Positions 21,917 through 35,000 of a stretch of 64,000 nucleotides of DNA are shown in pieces. The notes under the pieces were generated by a model, which did no database searches, was not told the origin of the DNA, and saw only the letters and a list, made by a program, of their open reading frames with translations. Origin of the DNA: Oopsacas minuta (Eukaryota; Animalia; Porifera); contig JAKMXF010000310.1 in NCBI GenBank assembly GCA_024704765.1, positions 682,001 to 746,000 on the forward strand, in the 5' to 3' direction. The translations under genes and the position numbers were made by a program. The first letter of the stretch is position 1. The number at the start of each line of letters is the position of its first letter.

Positions 21917-23116
21917 TTAGTATTTCTGGAAGCATCCTTCTTCATCAATACCATGACTCACGCAGATTATGTTATTCGAGTTGGCTATAGTTATACCTGC
22001 TAAGAATGAGAGATGTCCTTTACCCAGGATATGCTTCATCTCTCCTTGAGGTGAGAAGATACGAATTTCATTAGTAGAACAGTCTGTAATTAAGAAATTC
22101 ATCTTCTTATCAATCGTGAAAAAGAGTGTGTTTAAAATTGGCTGATTTAGTCCAGTTTGCTCAATAATCTTCTGGAGAATACAGTCTCTATTGTAGCAGT
22201 GGATGGTTTTGTTCTTTTGAGATAAAATGTAGATTGTACCAGAAAATACTGTAATGTCAATTGGATATTTGAGTTCTCCGTAGCCGAACTGGTTAATGAA
22301 GTCAAGATTAGAGTCAAAGATTTGAATCCTTTGAACGCCAAAATCACAGACATATATCAACCCAGCATCATAGCACAACCCTGAAATAGTAGTAAATCGC
22401 CCTTTCGTATTGCCTTTTGAGCCTATTCCCTTCAAGAATTGTCCTGCAAGACTAAACTTTACAAGAGACTCTTTAGCTCTATCAGTAATAAATACCTCCT
22501 CTTGTGACATGTCTATACCATGTGGTTCCTTCAAGTACCCAGTCCCAAAAGATCGCAAATACACTCCTTGTGTATTCAACACTTGAATGCGACTGTTGCC
22601 TTTATCACATATGTAAAGTTCATTCCTTACTCTTTCTACAGCAATTCATTTGGGATTCCACAACTCTCCATTTCCCCTACCACGCTTACAAACTTTTAGA
22701 ACGGGGGCTTCCCTCTTGAGATATTCAGGGATAAGTTGAATTAAATCAATATCGGCGATAGCCTTACGGATTTTATCGCAGTAGCAACGGAACTCAACAA
22801 ACTCCAAGTTGTCTACTGGAAACTTTTCAGCTATTCTCAGTTCAATATCTTTATCGAGCTTTTGTTTAACTGTGTATAGGGATGATCCTACCAATTTGCT
22901 AGTCATTATACTTACTATCTGGTCTTTGGATATTCTCAGCTGTTTTATTGCTTGCTCCAATTGTACATTCTTGTCGTATCCCTCCTTCATTTTAGCTAGT
23001 CTAGACAGAAGACTACTTCTGCGATCTGACAAATATTTGGAAAGTACATCAAATGTTCTAATTGTTTCGATTCTGAGAGCTTCTAGCTTTTGTTCCACGT
23101 TGAAGACTGCAGCCAT
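21917..23116 (-). pseudogene. Coiled-coil + NHL-repeat (TRIM-like, no RING) gene with one in-frame TGA
   Basis: ORFs 22646-23116 and 21917-22582 share a frame. Read-through gives NGELWNPK*IAVERVRNELYICDKGNSRIQVLNTQG, with TGA where the blade Gly is expected. Confidence 0.85.
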
Positions 23117-24330
23117 TTCGGTTCTAAAAATTAGAATATTTATTATATATATGTTTCGTGGGTAAAAGTTATAAAAATGTCACTGGAGAGACCGGATGTG
23201 GGCAAGGAGGGGCAAACTGGGCACTAGCCCCGGGTTTGAAATCTTGGCTTGGCCTTGTCCCAGGACATGCAAAATCCTGGGACCGCCCCTGGATGTAGCG
23301 TCCATCCGTATAAACCATATAATCTCAGGATCAATACATACTTTGTGCCTGTCATGCCCTTATCACTTTTTCTCTCCATACCATTATCCCTCATACACAC
23401 CCCTGCACAATTGCATTAAAAATGGTCTTACCAAATTAAATTTCACTACTACGAGTCATACAAATAAACCTCTTAAATAGTAAATACTACACAAGTGGTT
23501 ATTCCCTACCATATACTGGAGTTTACCTGCATGTGTCGATATCGATAAGGTTATAAATAAATATGCAGTGGTGTTGTGTAGCTTGCAACCAAGGGGGATA
23601 CAAGTTCTGGTGGTGGTGCCTGGCACAAGGTGCGAACGCTATTAGCCCTTAGTAAGTTTAAGGACAGAAACTATTGGATGAGAATATTAATCACGATTTC
23701 ATTTGGAATTAGGACAGATATTTCATGTTTTCTAGTCATTGGGTGACCTGCAAGATCAATGAGAGGGTTTGAAGATTCATCCTAGAACGACACCGCTATT
23801 CGTGCCTGAGGTTGAGAATTGTAATTGTTACAGGTTTGGTTGCATTTTTTATGAAGTATTTATGGGGTATCATGGATCAAATACACACCGCCATCAAAAT
23901 AAAAAACTTACGAAAAGTTATGTAGGGGATATCAACTTTTCTTGTCGTTGTAGAAGTGTTATTAAATGATGTTATAACTGAGTAGTAATCTAGAAATGAG
24001 TGAATTAATTCTAAAACGAATACTATCTACAAACAACATTCTAGTTATATGGTACTATAATATATCTTTACTAACTTATTCCAGCAAATTATGATAGAGA
24101 AATTCGAGACCGTCATGAACAGTAGTACATATGCTTATAACCTGAAAAAAGGTAATTAGTTAGGCATACTATAATATATTAAAATGTACAATTCTCTGGT
24201 AGGGTACTTTGGGACCGGTGTAAGCGGGTTTGGTGACCCAGCGATTTATGGATCTCCCTAAAACGCTAGCGATATAGGAACACGGGGAGGGAATTGTTAA
24301 TTATGTACCTGTAGTTACGACCTACGGGAT

Positions 24331-24710
24331 CAGGGTGACCAGACGTCCTTTTTTTGGACGACCTGTCCTTTTTGTCCTTTTTTGTCTTTTTTTACTCTAG
24401 ATTTTAATGACTCTTTAATTAACACGGAAATACATAGAGTGGATTGTAACTTATTATATGCCCTTATTGATTCTCTCTTCAGAATCACTATAATTCATAA
24501 GTCGGGTTCATTATTCTTACCTACATTATTACATATTGGGTAACAATATTACTAATTCTGTTTTATTTCTTACTCTATTGATGTAAAATCAATTTTCATA
24601 GATTAGCATATATGTATATTGTTATCGTTCAATGTTCAGTGATTTATGTATACATTGTATATCATAGAAAAGTGTCCTTTTTTTCCTAACGAAGACATCT
24701 GGTTACCCTG
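24331..24710. mobile_element. hAT-type non-autonomous element, 380 bp
   Basis: TIR CAGGGTGACCAGACGTC versus CAGGGTAACCAGATGTC. The 8-bp flanks tacgggat and tacgccgt match at only 5/8, so the TSD is degenerate. Confidence 0.7.
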
Positions 24711-24883
24711 TACGCCGTATAGTGTACAGGATGCATTTATTTGAACATATTTCACAATGTCTAAACTACATACGTCTAAATTGTTTCTAGAAGGGGTAAG
24801 TCAGCGGTTCCCAATCCTTTTTCATCCGTGTTCGGGATTGATTTAAGAAACTGGTTTATATGTAATTAGATTATTCTTCTATA

Positions 24884-25555
24884 ATGACGTCATTACCAAA
24901 GCAGAGGATAGCTCTCGCTCTATTTGGCTGTTTTAACCCGCCTACCTTCCAGCACCTGAGATTGTTTGAGCTAGCTCGCGACTGGTTACATAAGTTGGGA
25001 GGATATGAGGTAGTAAAGGGGATAATTTCTCCAGTTCATGACAAATATGAAAAGAAAGGACTCATTCCAGCTTCACATCGTGTTGCTATGTTACGCTTAT
25101 CATTAGAAACTAGTGATTGGATATGTTTGAATGAATGGGAGACGAAACAGAAAGACTGGACTCTAACTAATACAGTACTAAATCGATTACAAAGTGAATT
25201 AGACATAGAATATAAAGATAATCTCCCAATACCTAAGGTTGCACTGCTATGTGGAGCAGACTTACTTCAATCATTCTCTATTCCAGGTTTGTGGGCTACC
25301 AAGGATGTAGATGAGATATTAGAGAAGTTCGGTATTGTAGTCATATCACGTGAAGAGATTGATGCAGACAAGATAGTTTATGAGAATGATCAGCTGTCAG
25401 CTTGGTATAGTCGCATTGTATTTGTGAAAGAATGGGTGAGACATGATCTGAGTTCTACAAAAATACGGAGGTGTGTCAAGAGAGGTGAATCAATAAAGTA
25501 CCTAACTTCTGATTCTGTTATTGCTTATATTAAGGAACACGGCCTCTACATTTGA
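24884..25555 (+). CDS. NMNAT: Nicotinamide/nicotinate mononucleotide adenylyltransferase, 223 aa, single exon
   Basis: GCFNPPTFQHLRLFE (GxFxPxT/HxxH), SPVHDKYEKKGL, LLCGADLLQSF, ISSTKIR-like LSSTKIRR and VIAYIKEHGLY motifs. Confidence 0.95.
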   Translation: MTSLPKQRIALALFGCFNPPTFQHLRLFELARDWLHKLGGYEVVKGIISPVHDKYEKKGLIPASHRVAMLRLSLETSDWICLNEWETKQKDWTLTNTVLNRLQSELDIEYKDNLPIPKVALLCGADLLQSFSIPGLWATKDVDEILEKFGIVVISREEIDADKIVYENDQLSAWYSRIVFVKEWVRHDLSSTKIRRCVKRGESIKYLTSDSVIAYIKEHGLYI

Positions 25556-25949
25556 CTATTAACTTTAGTTTGTGTTTTAATTATGTCATAGAAATTTAGT
25601 CACTGAATGAAAATATTTATATAACGATATCATGTGATTCATATCCTTCCTTAAATATATACCAGTACAACCTCGATTATAATTGTCCGAACATGACCAC
25701 TAGTCTGGTTCCTATTCCACAATTTAAATACCCTCTATTCTCCGATTGGAACACCTTTAACTGCTCCCAACGAGTTAGGGTAATCCTAGTTACGCTGTAT
25801 TTGATTGTGTGTATAAGGTGCTGTACTGATACCTAATACAGGCTTCACAACATACTCACGATTTTGGATTAACTACTGAATCCTTGGTCTATTTATCTTT
25901 GGGGTTAGAAGATATTATTTTCTTATTACCATGATTAATGGCTTGTAGA

Positions 25950-26150
25950 TGTCTATACTTATAAAAGAGCCATTTCTGGAAGATGGTTCTCTACTTCTTA
26001 TAGCAGGTATTATTTAGGTGTTCTTATAACCTACATACACTGACCACTGTATTGACAAAACATGTCCTAGCCATCGTATCTAATTGAATCTCTTCCATAA
26101 ACGCCAACCCGTCAATCCAGCACAACGTACCATGGGGTGTGGATTATCAA
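25950..26150 (-). mobile_element. Possible non-LTR retrotransposon 3' remnant
   Basis: The minus-strand frame contains IRWLGHVL, resembling the RWLGHV motif downstream of RTE/L2 RT domains. Otherwise degraded. Confidence 0.3.
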
Positions 26151-28152
26151 GGCCTCTGAGAAGTCAAATTCATATGAAAGATAATCATTACTCTTATGAG
26201 TAGGCACCAAGCATCATATAATAATACGTACTATATTTACTAACATTTAATTAGATTGATTATCTTTAATGGAAGACTTTTGTAAGCACATCAATGTCTC
26301 TCGCCTTACTTTGATATTTCTCAAAAATGTAATAAAAATATAATCCACAAAACCTCAACAAGAAATTACATAATACTCAGAGCTATATGCTAAATGAAAA
26401 TATGATGCTTGATTCTACTAGTAGGAAATATCTTGATCAATTGACTCTTTTAATCCAGCATTTGGAAACAAATTTCTGGAGTGTATATGATCAGTTGATT
26501 AGGGCAAATAATCATATCTAAGGTTGGCACTCTAATTTGAATCGAGCCGCAGCAAGAAATAATTAACTATATAATTTTTAATGTTTTATTTAGGTTAAAT
26601 TAGATTATATATTTTCGACATTTCAACTATTTGTTTACTTTATATTCATAAAAATAACAACTAAATTTACATATGATTAATTCGAAAGTGTGAAAATCTG
26701 ATCAGCATACTCGATTACTCCAATGTAATTATTTACTTTTCCTATATCGTCAACAGAATAATATGTTATTCCCTATATTATATATGCAGATCATCTTCCC
26801 CTATCATTAAATTACAAAGTTCACATACACACATACACATACAATAATTGCGTTTTAATAATCTAGATAAAGTAACATTAATATGTAAAATGCTTTCGTG
26901 CATGGCTCATAGAACCATGGGCCTTAGTGTACCCTTATTTGTGTTGATAAATATTTCAAGTTTTCTTTTAGTTGAATATTTCATGGTTTTTCCACCAAAA
27001 TATTTTGACGAAAATTTCCAGTAATGCTGTGTTTTTCCTACTATCCTAAGGTAATATAGCATCGCAAATATATGGGAAAATATCATTTGAAAGCCAAGAA
27101 TTGATTTATGATGGCTTAATGCAATTCTTGGAAGTAGAGACTGGGCCTAAGCCACCTCTCTAAGGTTGTGACGCCCATAAGTATATCAAATGTCACTATC
27201 TACCCCAAATAGAACTTCGTATGTATGTAACTATATCTCTATGTTCACTATCCAATATCTGTATAGCATTATCTATTATATCTTCCTTTATGTACGTAGA
27301 ATTGTATTTCTATTATAATGCAACATATATTAGACTCTGCTTAATAGGGTCAACTCGGGACCAGACTATTTTGACCCGATTAACTAGAGTAATTTGACAC
27401 TCTTGTATGCATGGTCTGTTTCTGGCCATGTGGCCCGATAAACTAGCGGCTCTTTCAAGCGGAGTTTAATTTTCAAGATCTATTTGTGCTACTAATACGT
27501 AGCCTAATTCACTTTCAGTTTCCTAAACGAACTCTTATATATGATTAATTATTATTTATTATTTAGATATATAAAGGAATTCAAAGCATGTATAAGCCCT
27601 ACTAGCTCTTGAAAAGAAATCTATTGCATCATTTAATCTTAGGACTAAAGGTGTGAGAATCATTTATCATATTATAATAATTCTGTGTATGTGTTTGTAA
27701 ATCAGCTGCTCTAAAAATCTTGAATCGCACTTTAGAAACCCAATTAATCTTAACAAGATGTTAATACCTAGCTTTAGTTTCGTTTTGAATTTTCTATAGA
27801 AAATTGTCGGATTATAGAGGTGTATTTGTATCGTCGGAAGCCATTTCAGTTCAGAACAATTGTCGCATTATAGAGGTCTTCCGGATTATATAGGTGTCAG
27901 TCTATGCCGGTTCCACTATATGCATATTACTGCATCTTCGTGATCGTTAAGCAAAAAGAAGAGATTTGAGCGGCCGAGTACGACTAATTTCCTTTCGCGA
28001 GAGAGTGTTCATAGCGAAACGATTGACCGAAATGCTCGTATAATACATTTACCGATCCCTGCATTAGTTTAATGGATATATTCCTCATAATATTTTGATT
28101 GATACCTCACATAAACTAAAATATATCCATACTTAATGAACTTTGTATTAGA

Positions 28153-29220
28153 ATGTTCATATTCGCTATCTCATTTCTTGCAATCCTACATCTTGTCACT
28201 GTACAGTCTATCCCTGCGGGACACTCTCCTAAGGTTGGTTACGCTTTTGATGGGTATCCTGTGTATGGCCCTTATACAGACGGTGGTGGTTTGCCAACTG
28301 ACTTAGACATTTGTAACGGCAGGAACCATCCCAGTCTTGGATACCTGTATCATACCACTGTGAGTGCTCCTTACACTTTTGGCTGCTATGCTGGTGAGGT
28401 TTTATGTGCCAACTTTAATATGAACGCTCCTGCTGGTTGTCTGTCTAGTCCTCCCTCTTCTGGAGCTACATCTCTCACATGCACAGACCTTGGCCTTATT
28501 TCTGGAGTTAGCATCAAGGAAGTACCTTGGACAGTCATAGAGACTAATGTCCCTTCTCGTGTCCGCTGTACAGTTGAATCATGTGCTTCCACTGCTCCTT
28601 ACTGTTGGCATACAAACAACACCGCGAATACAGCTTATACCTCTAGTATCAACTGTGTGGAGAATGGTAACCGTTTGAAGATTACAGCAAACGGAGTACC
28701 TAATCATTTTATAGGAAAATTCCCTATGAGCGAATCAACATATCATCTAAACAGACCTAGTGATAATCCTAACTCACTATCCGAGCAATCATTCACTTGG
28801 TATATCCCCAAGTATCCAATAATGAAATCTGTGTTTCCTACTCAAAGTATTGTAACTGATGTCAATGCTCTGCCATTTGGTCCTACTGGCTTTGCGATTA
28901 ATAGCGTACCATTCTTTAACATGTATAATATGGGTATGCTAGATGCTGTGGATGGGTCTGAAGGTTTTGAGGTGCTAGACATGTGTTTGGGACATCCACA
29001 GATGTTTGGAGCTTACCATTATCATACTACTCCACACTGTCTTATCAATGAATTAAATGGAGTTACCAATGCGGTAAGTTGTGGTAATTCAAATAATGCT
29101 GCCACCTCATCACCTAACCCAGTTGTCACAAACTCACCTAACTCTACTACCAACTCTCCAACTATTACTCTGGTCCTGCTAGTGACTCTACTTTTCTTGA
29201 TTGTATTATTCCATGCATAA
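28153..29220 (+). CDS. Secreted, probably GPI-anchored YHYH-family protein with permuted domain halves, 355 aa
   Basis: Signal peptide aa 1-19. HSPKVGYAFDGYPVYGP..DLDICNG..YLYH at aa ~24-83. ITANGVPNH..GPTGFAINSVP..DMCLGHP..AYHYH at aa ~177-300. S/T/N-rich stalk and a hydrophobic C-terminus with no cytoplasmic tail. Confidence 0.88.
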   Translation: MFIFAISFLAILHLVTVQSIPAGHSPKVGYAFDGYPVYGPYTDGGGLPTDLDICNGRNHPSLGYLYHTTVSAPYTFGCYAGEVLCANFNMNAPAGCLSSPPSSGATSLTCTDLGLISGVSIKEVPWTVIETNVPSRVRCTVESCASTAPYCWHTNNTANTAYTSSINCVENGNRLKITANGVPNHFIGKFPMSESTYHLNRPSDNPNSLSEQSFTWYIPKYPIMKSVFPTQSIVTDVNALPFGPTGFAINSVPFFNMYNMGMLDAVDGSEGFEVLDMCLGHPQMFGAYHYHTTPHCLINELNGVTNAVSCGNSNNAATSSPNPVVTNSPNSTTNSPTITLVLLVTLLFLIVLFHA

Positions 29221-29449
29221 TCATTTTTGTTAGATTGTCGAATATTTTATCGGTCTTTTATCAAGTTATCGGTTTATTTATGTACGTACAAGTGTAACGT
29301 AATATATTTTTATGTGAAAATGTCACAATTATACATACCATTTATGATGCTTGTTTTATTGATTAAACTTTATATTTATGCAATTATGCTTTGTATCTGA
29401 CATTAGAACATAATTATTTGGTTGCTATTGGAAAAATATCCGTCCAAAT

Positions 29450-31791
29450 TAGGGCTTGCAATCCCGGGATTAATAATTATTACAATTATATAATCAGTTT
29501 TATTTTATTGAATGAAGTTAAGCTTTGCTGCATTTACGCACAAGATATGTAATATGTGTAATATAATAATGAACTTGGCCTATCATATTTATTATCTATA
29601 TTTAACTTGTTATTTCTAATGAAACATAGAGTGTTTAAAGTCCTGTCGCTCAATCCAGTTCTAAACCTGTTGCATGGATATGCACAAGAAGAGAATATTC
29701 TTTCTGCTTCAACCGAGGTTGGTGGTACTGAAAGCAACATCCTGTAAACTTTCTCTAAATAGTGACCTCTTCTACCTGTTTGCTCAGCAATTGTTAATTC
29801 ATATTTCAAACATGAAGATAATGATTGTTTACTTTGCGCAATCTCTTGAGGTTGGTCATTGAAGCATCGATTCCTAGTTGCAATTTCTTTGCTATGGGTA
29901 GCGTTTCTGTGCCAGCAATTTCAGATGTGATTTCTGAACTTGAGTTACATGTAGCATTATTGATATCTTCTCCCATATCCTCGCTTTCACTCATTTTGGA
30001 TAATATATCATAACAAAATTTGTTAACCACTCCTTTCTTTTCTAGTTTTGCTGTAGGGTTATGTAAATATGCGATTATGACTGAAGCATCACTATAGCTT
30101 TGCTGAATAATCCGTTCTTCAATTGCTTCAAGAATTCTAGTTTTGTAAACGGAAGTAGAATAATTTGTATTTCCTCTAATAGAAACTTGATAGTAGCTTC
30201 AGCAGATATAAAATTCGCATCCCGTCTACATAAGACTTCTACTGCTAGCTTTAATGGGTCCAGTGTTTTGACAATAATTAGAATGTGCGTAAGCTCGTCA
30301 TCATTAATATTGATCCCTATTTCAAGATCAAGTAGAGCCTTTTGGACAGGTTTCTTTATTTTAACAATCCTCTCAAGCATGCTTAGAAGTGAGCTCTAAC
30401 TAGTTTTACAATCGAGAATGAGATTCAAACCGTTTGGATGTGTCTCTTGTACATAACCCTGCAGAATTTCGTTTTTTAGAGGAGAAAGTTTGAAAAGTTT
30501 CACCACTTTACGGACTTTGTTCACTAATCAATTAATATCCATACTTAACTTTAAGATATTTTATCGTGTTCTTTACCATCAGCACCTATTACAGTTAATC
30601 CATCTGTAGTTTCTTCTTCATCAGAAGCTTCCTCATCTTCAGATCACTTGAATAATTACAAAATTCTTGCAAGCTACTAGATTGTTTCTGATAAAATAGA
30701 TCTTGTATCACAAGCTGAAGTCCGTGGGCGTAACATAATTGTTGAATTGAAGGAACTAATCGTCCAAGTTTTTTCACCATCGGACATCCATCTGTAGTAA
30801 TAGCCACGATATCAGTTTTAAAATCAATTCCAAATTCACAAAGTTTTTGGGAAATAGTATCATAGCATATATTTCGGCTGAAAATCTTCCATGTATCCTG
30901 ACTAGTCCGAGATTCCAAAAATATCCAATGCCATGGATGTTGATATTTAAGTATCTTTTATTCCGCAAGGATGTCCACTCGTCTAAAGTTAGGCTGAACT
31001 TCTCACCTTTTGTCTTTTTGAGGACTAAATCACGCTTAATCTTTTCAATTACATGTGAACCATATTTGATTACATGATCTCGTATTCCATTTACTGACTT
31101 TGGTAATGTATGGCCAAGTGCCATAATAGATTTTCGTAGATCCTGTAACTAATGAGTATACTAAAGGAAAGCCCGTCACATGCAGTCATTCTTGCAAGTA
31201 CTGCAGAGAGAGTATTATCTTGAAGAAAATAATCAATTTTGTAAAATTTTGTAGGTTTTTCTTCAGTACTAGCAGTTTCGATTATTGTTAAATTCTTACG
31301 TTTTAATAGTTCAATGTGATGTACTGATTTAGATGCACATGTAATCCCTTTGTTGACCCGCCTTCACACTTTAATATATTCTTACATATTTTGCATTCTA
31401 CCAATTTCCAACTATAAGATTTTCTGTAATGTTGCCAAATCTGGGCCCCAACGAAATCTTTAAATTGAATCTTTTCAGCCATACGAATGAAGAGAATTAC
31501 AGGGAATAGTAAGGGAGTTTAGCCACGTCATATATGCAGTTATTATAGAACTATATTTGTATGAACCTATTCGTCGATGAATCACTATAACAGGTGGTTA
31601 AAACCAATTAATTGGCTAATTTGGCTTCAAGTGAAAATAGAAAATACATCTTTTGGTCAGTGGTAGAAGGTGGCAAAACAATAATGGGGAAAATGAGAAT
31701 AGTTTCATAGTAACTGAAGTTAAGCCAATTGCACTCACAAAAGAGAACAACTAACTTATACAAGTTCGGGATCCCAGGATTGCAAGCCCTA
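29450..31791 (-). mobile_element. hAT transposon, defective, 2342 bp
   Basis: 21-bp TIR TAGGGCTTGCAATCC(C/T)GGGAT (20/21 match) and 8-bp TSD gtccaaat/ctccaaat (7/8). Fragmented transposase with a BED finger (CKIC..HL), FSLTLDEWTS, TTDG and the hATC motif PPTSVEAERIFS. Confidence 0.93.
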
Positions 31792-32089
31792 CTCCAAATA
31801 CAGTTGAATTTGGGTTATTTTGTCCATTTGATTGCACTGCCAAAACGACTAAATAACCCGATAGACCAAAACCCATATTGTTAAATACTGATAGATAGGA
31901 TTGTCTTTAATAGCTAATACATACCAATTGAATATAATCATCAAGTTATTCCAGTATTACAATAATTACATATAAAACTGAATACAAAATTGGATTATCG
32001 CCCTGTAATTAATATACACTCTCTTACTCCACTGTGTAATCTACTCTTAGACTACTTATCTAGCTTCCTAATCCTGCAACACACCTTAA

Positions 32090-35000
32090 ATGGAAGAACT
32101 TTCCCGATGCTTAAATCTCCCTCCCTCTCCTAAACAACTGACTCTATTCGATGCTATTTCTCTTGATTGTTTCATGACTAATTCGAAACTCTCTTCTAGA
32201 TCTGATCTCCCACGCTACATGTTAAGAAGGATAATGCTATTAGATACTTCTTGTAGAAAACTGCCTAGTATCAGACAAGAGGAAGCTCCTGGTAATTTCA
32301 ATTCCAAATCATTATCATTCTTAGATGAAGAAGAAGATGACGATCTAGTTCATCCAATGGATATATTTCTCTATTTGTTCTCGATATCAACTCCTATCTT
32401 TAGGCAAACTATTGTCAATCAGTTAGCCAAGTGTCAGCTGTCGCTCCCACTCATAACTCATGACAGTGATCTGATTGAGACTACTCTGAATCATTTTTCA
32501 TTCGAAACTGCCATTTTGAATCGTTATGTAGGTGAAACTGATGCAAAGTGCTTTTCTGCTCTGAAAGAACCTCTCCCGATTGTGTCATTTATTAGAATTG
32601 GAGGAAGCGATAAAAGTCAAAAATCAGAATTATTGAATATAATCCTGAATATTAGACACGATTATTTCTCTTATAGAAATTCTCCTGGTAGTACAAGGAA
32701 GAGATTACTTCTAGATGGCACAGTTGAAATTGCTTGGTACCTACCAAAGTATAAAGAAAATATGAAAATTAATCACCACTTTATTATGCTTAATCTTAGA
32801 GGAGATTCCAATCTGTTTGATAAACAATCTACTTTTATTGGTCAAATTTCTACATTAGTTTATGTATTTGTTTCTCTTTCAAAGCTGACACAAGAAATAT
32901 CAAATCAATTAGAGAACATTCATAGAACATTCAAATCTAAAGTTATATTTGTTGTGTATAAAGAATCTAGAAAAAAACTTGAAAACATTCCTAACCTTTT
33001 GGAAAATAACAATAATATATTACCTATTCGGAAAAATAACCCAAGTGATGACTCTGACGAAATTGCTGCATCTATCTCACATCATTTAGATAAGACTAAT
33101 ATTCTTCCTATCTCGTTATCACAATGTGTCGATATAGCAAGTAAAATTGGAATAGTTTGTGATTTTGATAAGAATGATTTTGCATTGAAACAACAGTGTA
33201 TTGAAACTATCTGTAAAGATTTTCCTAAAAGTATTCCTGATGGTGAAAATCCCCCACCTCTTGCAAATATGAAAGACAAATTATTGCCTCTTCAGCGATA
33301 CTTCAAAAGCTGGGCTGACTCTAATCGAGAATTACAGCTCCCGATTAGTGATCGTACGAGAAATATGGATGAATATTTTCATAGTGCGAAGGAGAAACAA
33401 GACAAAGCTAGATCCTCCCAAATACAGGAATTATTGAAGCCTTCAAATTTTTTGTGCGGGATAATGGATGAATGTGATAAACATTTTCGTGATACACATG
33501 AAATTGACCTATTTTTCGTATTACTGAAAGACAACTTAAATTCCATATCTAGAAAATTTCTTCCTATCTTATACAATCAGTATAAAAGATGGATAACCGA
33601 ATCTTACTCTGTGAATTCAGAATCAATTGGGGCTGAGAGAGACGCCAAGCAAAACAAGGCCAAAAGTTGTTTGATGAATGCTGCAGAAGCCATTACTCAT
33701 TCATCACTAGGTATTGAGCATGTATTTCGTGAATTCGGTCAGATATACGAAGCTGTCATCGCTAGTAATGATGCAAAATTGAAGGCTAGTGTAAAAGGCA
33801 AACTTAAATTCCCTCCTACTTACCTACCAGAAATTGCAGTCCATTTAATTCTTCATGGACACTCATTCGAGATTGTGAATGGAGATGACAATCACGTTCC
33901 TCTCACATGGGTATCTGACGTACTAACTAAACTATCTGAAATTGTAGGGCCAGACAAGAAGTTATTCGTGGTTTCAGTTCTTGGTATTCAAAGTAGCGGA
34001 AAATCTACACTACTAAATACAATGTTTGGTATTAATTTCCCGGTATCATCAGGTCGCTGTACTCGTGGTTTGTTCCTACAGATGATACCAATTACTAAAG
34101 AGCTCCGGAGCAAAGTTGGATATGATTTTCTTTTGCTTCTCGATACAGAGGGACTCCGAGCCCCAGAACTTTCTGGAGGTCTCTCCTATAAAAGGGATAA
34201 TGAAATGGCAACATTCACTGTAGGATTAGCGGATTTAGCTCTGATTAATATAAAAGGAGAGAGTCACTCAGAAGTTCAGGATATCTTGCAAATTACCATC
34301 ATTGCATTCATGAGAATGAAATTAACTTTGAGAAAGCCGAAATGCATTTTTGTGCATCAAAACGTGGGTGATATTCAGGCAGGAACCAATTTAATGATAG
34401 CAAGGAGGAATCTAATCGATACTTTGGATGAAATGACTAAATGCGCTGCTCAACAAGAGAACAAAGAGTTACAATTTTCCCATTTCTGTGACCTCATAGA
34501 ATTTGATCCTGAACAAGACGTATTCTACTTTCCAAGCCTTTTTGAGGGAGATCCCCCGATGACTTCTATAGCACCTGGATACATAGAGAAAGCACAGGAG
34601 CTGAAAACGAAGATCATAGCAAATTATGCAACTAAAGATAAAATCTTCCAATCTGTGAAAGAGTGGAGGAAAAAATTATCAAATCTATGGAACTCAGTGT
34701 TAAAGGAAAACTTTGTATTCAGCTATAGGAATATTCTTGAAATCAATGCTCGTATTGAATTGGATAGTGCTATGTGTTGTTGGCATTCAAACTTCATACA
34801 AGCTATGGCAGCTGTCAAATCTGAATTCATTAATAAACTCTACAATGTTGAGTCTGAATTTCTTCAAGATACACTGCAAGACATTAATACCCATCTAATT
34901 AGAATAGTTCAAGAATATTCACAATTCGAAGAGTTGAATGACTACTTTTTTGTTCAGCACGAGAAGAAAGTGATTTTTGAACAGTGGAAGTTTAGCACCG

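Noticed and set aside
22646-22648. Selenocysteine at the in-frame TGA
   Set aside because: The aligned residue is a structural Gly, not Cys, and no SECIS was recognised downstream.
23190-23300. Assorted GC-rich CAGGGGCG/CAGT-type single ends (23190-23300, 27800-27915, 39327, 39503-39570, 44420-44580, 54645, 55311-55468)
   Set aside because: They are probably old hAT or Tigger MITE pieces, but paired TIRs and TSDs were too degenerate to delimit confidently.
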